DNA from: Escherichia coli
GTDB taxonomy: Bacteria > Pseudomonadota > Gammaproteobacteria > Enterobacterales > Enterobacteriaceae
Reading direction: 5' to 3' (one strand)
Length of the DNA stretch: 64,000 nucleotides
NCBI GenBank assembly: GCA_902500055.1
Contig: GCA_902500055.1_4131.1
Shown here piece by piece: positions 52,711 to 64,000 of the stretch (the stretch's first letter is position 1; every line of letters begins with the position of its first letter). Made by a program: the position numbers and the translations under genes. The notes below the pieces were generated by a model. The model saw only the letters and a list, made by a program, of their open reading frames with translations, did no database searches and was not told the DNA's origin.

Positions 52711-52741
52711 TAAAGGACAAGGAAGACCCATAAGGTCTTCC
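52711..52741 (-). terminator. hairpin terminator candidate
   Basis: ggaagacc-cataa-ggtcttcc 8-bp stem followed by a T-rich run on the minus strand. Confidence 0.45.
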
Positions 52742-52751
52742 ATTAAATATA

Positions 52752-54164
52752 TCAATTGTCTGATTTAGGAGTAAAGTCAATCTTTCTTAGTTCTTTTAGT
52801 TCAGATTTATAAATGTCCCAAATTAAGTCATGATTAGATAACAGTTCATTGTACTTATCCATCAAATCAAGATTATCTTGAATATCTTGTAGTACTGATT
52901 GATAATTATCTTGCGTCCAGCGATATGAAGGGAAGTTTACAATGCTTTGAATATTCTCTTCCGTTGCTTCAATTTCGGTATTTAACGATTTAACGAATTC
53001 AACCATTTCAGCACGGTTTGCAAATCCTTTTACCTTAGCAATCATATCATTATCGAAACATTCTTTAATTAGAATTTTATAACGAACTTCAGCAGCACAA
53101 TCATCAAGTTTCTTTTCATAACGCTTGATGTAATATTTGAAACGGAAATCAACGAAGTCTTTAATCAAATCCATCGTAGTATCGTAAACTTTCACTTTGC
53201 CATTTTCACCTAGAACAGTTAAATGTTGAGTCATTTTTTTGTTAATGCCAAAATACTCAATAACATCCATCTCTGTCCATTTAGCTGACGTTCCACGTGG
53301 AAGTTTAATGGTAATATCAATTACATCAGTACTATCATTGTCATAATCACGAATCTCACCATCATCACTCATTTTGATTAGTTTTTCGATGAATTTCTCA
53401 ATACTGTAATTAGGTGGTAAGCCTGTTACTTTAACAGTGCTTGCATCAATAACCTCAGCTTTACCATAGAATTCATACTTATTTTCATCAAGCTTAGTCA
53501 CAACATCACTTGCACCACATGAAACATAATATGGGGTCATTTCTTTTAGTGGTTTTTTATCAATAGCACGAATGCAATTATCAATAATATCTTCAATTTT
53601 ATGTGGTAGAATTGTACTCTTATAACCAACTGACATACTATCATTACCAAACAATGATAATGGAATAATAGGCAAGAAATGAACAGGTTCATATGTTGTC
53701 CCGTCATAGTTCTCTTTCATTGGTATAATATCAGCATCACGCAAAACAAGCATCTCAGTACTCTTATTCTTTTTAACATAAGTGTAACGAGCAGATGCTG
53801 GTGTACTGTTTACTTGTGTACCAAAACCACCACGTTTTCCAATAAGAGGATAGTTGTTAGCTACTGGAGATGCTAGATTTTGAAGTGTTCCTGATGCTGA
53901 CATGTCCCCATGAAGATAGATACCATCACTAATCATTTTTCCAGCACATGATACTGTTTTAATTTCCCCACTAATTTTAGATAATGTGAAGATTGCTTTA
54001 CGTTGTGAACTCTTTAGACCATCAATTCCAGGAATAGCACGGTCTAGTGTATACATCGAATATTCTAGTGATGTTGTATTCACATAATCAGAACTGTTAT
54101 AATCTAGTAGAGTTAGTGTTTGGTTATCGATATTATGATTTTCTGTTTTTTTACTTTTAGCCAT
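52752..54164 (-). CDS. DNA topoisomerase II medium subunit (gp52/GyrA-like)
   Basis: DRAIPGIDGLKSSQRKAIF resembles GyrA RALPDVRDGLKPVHRR; catalytic-Tyr region TPASARYTYV. Confidence 0.75.
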   Translation of the reverse strand: MAKSKKTENHNIDNQTLTLLDYNSSDYVNTTSLEYSMYTLDRAIPGIDGLKSSQRKAIFTLSKISGEIKTVSCAGKMISDGIYLHGDMSASGTLQNLASPVANNYPLIGKRGGFGTQVNSTPASARYTYVKKNKSTEMLVLRDADIIPMKENYDGTTYEPVHFLPIIPLSLFGNDSMSVGYKSTILPHKIEDIIDNCIRAIDKKPLKEMTPYYVSCGASDVVTKLDENKYEFYGKAEVIDASTVKVTGLPPNYSIEKFIEKLIKMSDDGEIRDYDNDSTDVIDITIKLPRGTSAKWTEMDVIEYFGINKKMTQHLTVLGENGKVKVYDTTMDLIKDFVDFRFKYYIKRYEKKLDDCAAEVRYKILIKECFDNDMIAKVKGFANRAEMVEFVKSLNTEIEATEENIQSIVNFPSYRWTQDNYQSVLQDIQDNLDLMDKYNELLSNHDLIWDIYKSELKELRKIDFTPKSDN

Positions 54165-54180
54165 TCCATTGTCTCTTGGT

Positions 54181-54203
54181 AAAAGGGGAACACCATGTTC
54201 CCC
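54181..54203 (-). terminator. hairpin terminator candidate between the topoisomerase genes
   Basis: ggggaaca-cca-tgttcccc hairpin followed by TTTT on the minus strand. Confidence 0.45.
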
Positions 54204-54214
54204 ATTAGTCTATA

Positions 54215-56179
54215 TTATTCCATCCAGTTCTTACGATCATCTGCACGTTTCTTGTTGAAAATCAAATCAAGAGTTTCTCCAAGACGTCCATCATCGGTGA
54301 TCGCTACTGCAACACTATTAGTGAATGCATCACGGAAGTTTGCTTTTTCTAAAGTTCCTAAACCTTTTGCACGCGTTGCTTTCCAGCCTTTCCAATCATC
54401 TGGGTTATATTCATGCACATTATGACCATAGTAGTATTTTGATTCTTTACCTTTCTCAAGAATGATAAATGGTGTTTTGAATACATACACAAATGGATTT
54501 TCTGGGTCTTGAAACAATTCAGGCCAGAATTTAAATAAGAAGTTACACACTAGAGCACCAATGTTCTTCCCATCTTCATCTTCATCAGCACAGATGTAAA
54601 GCTTACCATAGTTTAGTTCAGAACGTTCTGCTTTAACACCTGGAACTAAGTTGATACTAGCCATTATATCATGTAAAGCCATTGAATCCATTAATTCTTT
54701 GGTTTTCTCAGTACCACTGACGTTCATAATTTTCCCACGCAATGGTAGAATACCATGAATACTTGGTATACGAGCACTAGCCATGTTGGAAATTGCAGAG
54801 TCACCTTCTGCAATCAATAGAATACACTGTGAACGGTCTGTTCCAGTACTATCCAATAGTTTTGCAACTTTACCTTTTAGAAGTTTCTTTGCTAGGCGAC
54901 GATCTTCTTCTGCATCTTTCTTATTTGTACGGGCAGCACAACGTTCGAAGATTTCATCAACCCATTCTTTGTTCTTCTTAACTAATTCATCAAACCATTC
55001 GGTACTCATAGCTTGTTGAATTGGACGGATTACGTTTTCATTAGTTAGTTTAGATTTAATCTGTGAGTTGAATGAAGGTGCTTTCATAGTTGTGACATTA
55101 TAAATCAACAAACCTTCTTCAATATCAGAACGATTAGGTTTCATCCTACGTTTCTTAGATTCTTTCTCTAGTGCAGTTCCTACACCGAGTGAGAAGAATT
55201 TCTTGAATGTATCAAGATGTGTACCACCATCAAATGCAGGAGCATTGTTAACCAACCCATGCATATGGAAATTCGTGTTCATGCCAGCTACTGCATTAGG
55301 AACAATATAAAAAGTACTGTTAAAATTGAATGAATCATCTTTAACATTCAACTGCATTAATTTAGATGCATTGAAGAGTGCTTTTTCAGTGTTTCCTTTA
55401 ATAGCAATACGTTTCCCGTTCAGAAAGATTTTATAAGTTGGGTTAGCTGCTGCCATTTCTTTAAGAATACTATAAAGTAATTCGGTTGGTAGTTTTCTGT
55501 TTGGAAAAACTTCTTTACTCAAAGTAAAACGAATTGTTGTTCCAGTTTTATCGGTTTGTACCTTTCTAATAGTAGGTTCGTGTACATGAAGCTCAGGGAA
55601 CATAATAGTTCCTTCCTCAAACTTCTGATTGAACTTATAAAACCCATCATAACCATCATTACTACTTTGTGTTTTATACGGACGACCTTGGCGATGAATT
55701 TCTAACTCTGCCTTAGAACTGACAATCATTGCAACAGAACCACCTAAACCATTCTGACCAATCGTTTCATCACGTTTTGAATCGTCAAAGTTACGGCCTG
55801 TTTTTGTTTCAGTCATTACCATAGTACACAAGTTTTTCTGATACTCTGGAACATAATCAATTGGAATACCACGTCCATTGTCACTAATTTCAAATGATAG
55901 TTCTTCTTCATTGAAATCAACTTTCAAAACAGGTTCTTTGGTTCCAGCTTTTTTAAATTCATCTAAGCTGTTATCAATAATTTCACGTGTAGCAGTAAGA
56001 ATTGCAGGAACCCATTCTACGTTCTTAACCTCATAACCTGATTCGCCAAAAATCAGTACTTGACTTTCATGCACTGAACGAGAACCAAGATACATCTCGG
56101 TACGCAAACGAGCATGTTGATAATCATTTAGTCGTTGAACATCATGTTCCTGTAGAACAGCACTTTCTTTCTTAGCCAT
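54215..56179 (-). CDS. DNA topoisomerase II large subunit (gp39/GyrB-like ATPase plus Toprim)
   Basis: GHKL ATPase motifs IIDNSLDE and GQNGLGGSVAMIVS, Toprim LLIAEGDSA. Confidence 0.85.
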   Translation of the reverse strand: MAKKESAVLQEHDVQRLNDYQHARLRTEMYLGSRSVHESQVLIFGESGYEVKNVEWVPAILTATREIIDNSLDEFKKAGTKEPVLKVDFNEEELSFEISDNGRGIPIDYVPEYQKNLCTMVMTETKTGRNFDDSKRDETIGQNGLGGSVAMIVSSKAELEIHRQGRPYKTQSSNDGYDGFYKFNQKFEEGTIMFPELHVHEPTIRKVQTDKTGTTIRFTLSKEVFPNRKLPTELLYSILKEMAAANPTYKIFLNGKRIAIKGNTEKALFNASKLMQLNVKDDSFNFNSTFYIVPNAVAGMNTNFHMHGLVNNAPAFDGGTHLDTFKKFFSLGVGTALEKESKKRRMKPNRSDIEEGLLIYNVTTMKAPSFNSQIKSKLTNENVIRPIQQAMSTEWFDELVKKNKEWVDEIFERCAARTNKKDAEEDRRLAKKLLKGKVAKLLDSTGTDRSQCILLIAEGDSAISNMASARIPSIHGILPLRGKIMNVSGTEKTKELMDSMALHDIMASINLVPGVKAERSELNYGKLYICADEDEDGKNIGALVCNFLFKFWPELFQDPENPFVYVFKTPFIILEKGKESKYYYGHNVHEYNPDDWKGWKATRAKGLGTLEKANFRDAFTNSVAVAITDDGRLGETLDLIFNKKRADDRKNWME

Positions 56180-56213
56180 TTGAATTCCTTATCATGTCTC
56201 TTTGTCATAAAAC

Positions 56214-56241
56214 ATTGTATCACCAATGTTTTGTTTGTCTC
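56214..56241 (-). promoter_or_regulatory. promoter candidate (GAGACA-N16-TACAAT)
   Basis: Minus-strand hexamers upstream of the topoisomerase large-subunit gene. Confidence 0.4.
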
Positions 56242-56273
56242 AAAAAAAATATCGGAACGATTTGTCCCGATAT
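56242..56273 (-). terminator. rho-independent terminator
   Basis: atatcgggac-aaatc-gttccgatat hairpin followed by TTTTTTTT on the minus strand. Confidence 0.6.
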
Positions 56274-56277
56274 ATTA

Positions 56278-57068
56278 TTATTTTACTAACATAAGTTGAA
56301 GTTCGGCACTTGGACTTGATTCATCATCACTCCAGTACTTATGAACCTTATCTGGACTCGCCTTTGCAAGTACTTCACCACCACCAACAATATAAACTTG
56401 ATGGGAACCAATTAAACGGGTCCAGAATTTAATTGCATCATCAGTATGCAGACTATCACTCAGAACTTTAATACCATGTGATATCATATCCATAAAAATA
56501 TTATAAATTATACCTTTAGTTCCAGTTTTAGATGCAGTTGCGGCAATTTCAAAAACGTTTTGAACACCAAGTACTGCATCATTGGATAAATGCCCACTAA
56601 CTATAGCAAGCTGTTTACCAGACTTATCGTAAGCGATAAATCCAGTACCGTTTTTGTTCATATATACATCATAGTCTTTATGTTCTGCGAACTTAACCAT
56701 GTTGTGCTTACCTGTCATTTCGGCAGTTTTATCGACAAACTCGTCTCGGTCTTGACCTTGAAAACTATCGAAACGTTGTGGCATTTCATCCAACTTATCT
56801 TTGTCGTCTTCACATGAATCCATTATATCACAAGTTCTGTCGTCTGTATCAGCTAATTCTGCATCTTGTACAATATCGACTAAACTACGCATACTTGCTT
56901 CTTTTACTTTATTAGGAAGTTTAGAACTTTTTTTAAGATTTCCTTCCTTTTCATCAGCGGCATTCCATTCTTTAGCAGCACTTTGTGAAATTCCAGCTTT
57001 CTTTGCAAATTCTGGATTGTGTGCGGCGGCTGCGAAGAATTTAGCCTGACTTTTACTCTTACTTGGCA

Positions 57069-57069
<1 letters not shown>
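56278..57069 (-). CDS. hypothetical protein
   Basis: 263 aa ORF. Confidence 0.55.
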
Positions 57070-59236
<2,167 letters not shown>

Positions 59237-59246
59237 AGTCTATATT

Positions 59247-60309
<1,063 letters not shown>

Positions 60310-60353
60310 GTAATAAAAGCTCCAATATGATTTTAATGTTTTGTTCGATAGTA

Positions 60354-60382
60354 ATTATAGGATAGAACATTAGTTCTGTCAA
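60354..60382 (-). promoter_or_regulatory. sigma-70-type promoter (TTGACA-N17-TATAAT)
   Basis: Minus strand TTGACAgaactaatgttctatccTATAAT about 45 nt upstream of the IF-3-like ATG. Confidence 0.6.
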
Positions 60383-60573
60383 GCACTATCATTGTGTTTT
60401 TTAATTGCTTCACAGATTGCTTGAACTTGAACAAGATAAGTTTTTGCAAATTCTGCTTGGGTTCGCACACGGGGGTTCGGTGCGTCTTTGATCATAAGTT
60501 CTAGGTCATAAACTACCTTATCAAAAACTCCCTTGTCTTCAATAATACGATCATAAAATGTTTTGTCAGTCAT
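60379..60573 (-). CDS. hypothetical protein
   Basis: 64 aa ORF. Confidence 0.45.
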   Translation of the reverse strand: MTDKTFYDRIIEDKGVFDKVVYDLELMIKDAPNPRVRTQAEFAKTYLVQVQAICEAIKKHNDSA

Positions 60574-60596
60574 GTCAAGAACTCCATGTTATAAAA

Positions 60597-61187
60597 TTAT
60601 AATTTAACGTAAGATACTACAGATGCATCAGAAACAGAAGGAACATTAAGATACACGTTCTCATACTCAATGAAATCAACAGTACTTGTAGTAAGTGCGT
60701 TCTTGATTCTCTGAATGGTTTTTTGTACAGTTATTTCTTCATTTACGATAGCATTAGTACCGTCACCTTTCAATGAATCATTGATTAGTTTTTGAATTAT
60801 TTCAGCAGCTTTTGCAGTTTTCATATCTTCAGTAGTTAGTGCAGCTTGGTCAGCAACACTTAGTGTGTTAATAAACGGTTGATAACTAATATAACCAACT
60901 GTAATTGTTGCACCAGTTGGGATAGTTTTTGCAGTCCCAGGTGTAGAAAATTCAACTTTACTATAAACTGGTACTGAATACGTTGAGAGCAAACGTGAAA
61001 GTTGTAGATAACGCAAAAGTGCGATTGACTTATCAATAGTTTGCTGGTCAGTAGGTGCGGTTGTTGGGGAAGATGAATCATAATCACCATACATATAATA
61101 TGGGATATTATCTAGGTTCGTCCCTGAAACTTCAATTTTAAATACTTGTAGTAAATTGTTCATTGTATATTCTTCTCCATAATACAA
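60597..61187 (-). CDS. hypothetical protein
   Basis: 196 aa ORF. Confidence 0.5.
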   Translation of the reverse strand: MYYGEEYTMNNLLQVFKIEVSGTNLDNIPYYMYGDYDSSSPTTAPTDQQTIDKSIALLRYLQLSRLLSTYSVPVYSKVEFSTPGTAKTIPTGATITVGYISYQPFINTLSVADQAALTTEDMKTAKAAEIIQKLINDSLKGDGTNAIVNEEITVQKTIQRIKNALTTSTVDFIEYENVYLNVPSVSDASVVSYVKL

Positions 61188-61246
61188 AACACTTTTGATT
61201 ATTTATTATTAAAAATCAAAAATATTTACGTATAACATTTAGTTTT

Positions 61247-62590
61247 TTAGAATCGTGCATTTTGTCTCAACATAACACTATATCGTGGACGTGTCATGGC
61301 AGTGTATAAAATTCTACACTTAGTATCATTTGTACCAATACGTTCAATAAAATCAGTATCAAACCAAATGTTATCAAAAGTACTTCCTTGCGATTTATGA
61401 ACAGTTGTTGCGTAAGGATAATTGATAATATGCAATTTATTCTTTATTACATAGTAATCCTGCCACATATATGGTTTCTTTGTCAATGGATTTATTTCTT
61501 TTTTCTCAATATCCTTAACAAGTTTATCTAGTTTTTCGTCCATTGCAATTCTTGTTTCTGGTCCTACGCCTAAAATATAACTACCATTAGGTAAACGGAA
61601 TTGCCAACAATCAATCCCCATAAAACTTTCACGTTTCACTTCAGGACATTGTATAATTTGTTGTACTACATATGGACTATTCTCAGTTATGCTTTCAAAA
61701 ACAATTGGTTCACCTTTAGTAAATTCATCTGGTACTTCAAATAGTTGACTTCTAATGTAAATATTAGCCAAATTAACTCGATAGTTAGTATATGCTAAGA
61801 TTTTATTTTCATTTACGAAATCAAATATTTTTTTAGATGAACCCTTGTTTTCCATAATAAATTCACGATAAACATCTAAAAATAAATCTTCATCATCAAT
61901 AGGTGTAATAGTGCTTAAACCATATGTCTGATGCATAATATCAAATGGATTTTTACTAGTTCCAATACACTCTCGAATAGCAGTTGCAACTGCCAAAATC
62001 GGATTATCCAATGCTTGACGTAAAACCTCAGTTAACTCATATTGAACAGGTACATCAAACGTAGGAGACAATTTAGTCTCTCCCATTGTACCTTCGGACT
62101 CAACTGGGGGCAATTGACAACGATCACCAATGAATAAAACTGCTCGACGGACACGCCACAATTGATCCTGAATATGTTGGAATAATTCTTCTGAAATCAT
62201 ACTACACTCATCAACAATAAGAATGTCAACGTTAGTATTACTAACTTTACTTTGGGGATCATGTTTCAGTACTTGACGATTCTTTTCATATACTAATTTT
62301 AGTCCTAAAAAAGAGTGTATTGTACTAACTTGTGCATCTTCCTTAGTAAGACCAGCATTATTGATTAGCATATTACGAATAACAGCATTGGCTTTATGTG
62401 TAGGTGAAGTTACTGCAATATTATAGTTTTTACATAGTGCTTTTACAATCTCAGCAGTAGTGAATGTTTTTCCAGTTCCTGCTGGGGCAGACAAAACCGA
62501 AATGGTCTTACCTGCATAGTTGTAAACACGATCTATAAAATCATCAAAGATTTCTTGTTGCTTATCCGTAAGCTTAATTTTACTCATCAT
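61247..62590 (-). CDS. dda: Dda-like SF1 DNA helicase
   Basis: Walker A SAPAGTGKTFT, DEcSM-like LIVDECSMIS, and C-terminal TVHKSQGSTFD. Confidence 0.8.
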   Translation of the reverse strand: MMSKIKLTDKQQEIFDDFIDRVYNYAGKTISVLSAPAGTGKTFTTAEIVKALCKNYNIAVTSPTHKANAVIRNMLINNAGLTKEDAQVSTIHSFLGLKLVYEKNRQVLKHDPQSKVSNTNVDILIVDECSMISEELFQHIQDQLWRVRRAVLFIGDRCQLPPVESEGTMGETKLSPTFDVPVQYELTEVLRQALDNPILAVATAIRECIGTSKNPFDIMHQTYGLSTITPIDDEDLFLDVYREFIMENKGSSKKIFDFVNENKILAYTNYRVNLANIYIRSQLFEVPDEFTKGEPIVFESITENSPYVVQQIIQCPEVKRESFMGIDCWQFRLPNGSYILGVGPETRIAMDEKLDKLVKDIEKKEINPLTKKPYMWQDYYVIKNKLHIINYPYATTVHKSQGSTFDNIWFDTDFIERIGTNDTKCRILYTAMTRPRYSVMLRQNARF

Positions 62591-62617
62591 TCCCTCGACT
62601 GATTTTTACATTTCAAG

Positions 62618-63920
<1,303 letters not shown>

Positions 63921-64000
63921 ATTACTTCTTTCTCCATATAAACTATGTAAAACGTAAAAATGGGTAAATACTTTATAAAAATAACAATAAGATTGGAGAT

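Overview
AT-rich window from a large virulent dsDNA phage with T4-like replication genes, almost entirely transcribed on the minus strand (only 8485..9639 is a clear plus-strand gene). Recognisable genes: sigma-70-family sigma factor, HslV-like peptidase, four HNH homing-type endonucleases, C5-cytosine methyltransferase, NADAR-like protein, DexA-like exonuclease, HAD-like hydrolase, gp44-like clamp loader, GroES/gp31-like co-chaperonin, topoisomerase II medium and large subunits, ClpS-like adaptor, IF-3 homolog, Dda-like helicase, RNase HI and DHFR. Five tRNAs were folded by hand (Thr, Asn, Ser, Arg, Gly) in a tRNA/homing-endonuclease island at 15.7-22.5 kb. Many intergenic regions carry near-consensus sigma-70-type promoters (TTGACA-N16/17-TATAAT) and hairpin/T-run terminators on the minus strand. 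The most striking feature is a family of at least 20 small paralogous proteins (about 115-180 aa) in three clusters (12.2-15.0, 18.7-24.2, 28.6-36.1 kb) that share a C-proximal motif [TS]-E-E-x-[FYL]-F-Q-x-S-T-[VI]-x-D followed by a short helix-like tail, with divergent N-terminal regions; I do not recognise it as any described family. Two further small-gene families begin MTHEEW, and several host-like proteostasis/translation genes (HslV, ClpS, IF-3, GroES) are phage-encoded. All calls rest on motif reading by eye; no database search or tRNA/RNA-folding software was run, and coordinates of promoters, terminators and tRNAs were counted by hand.
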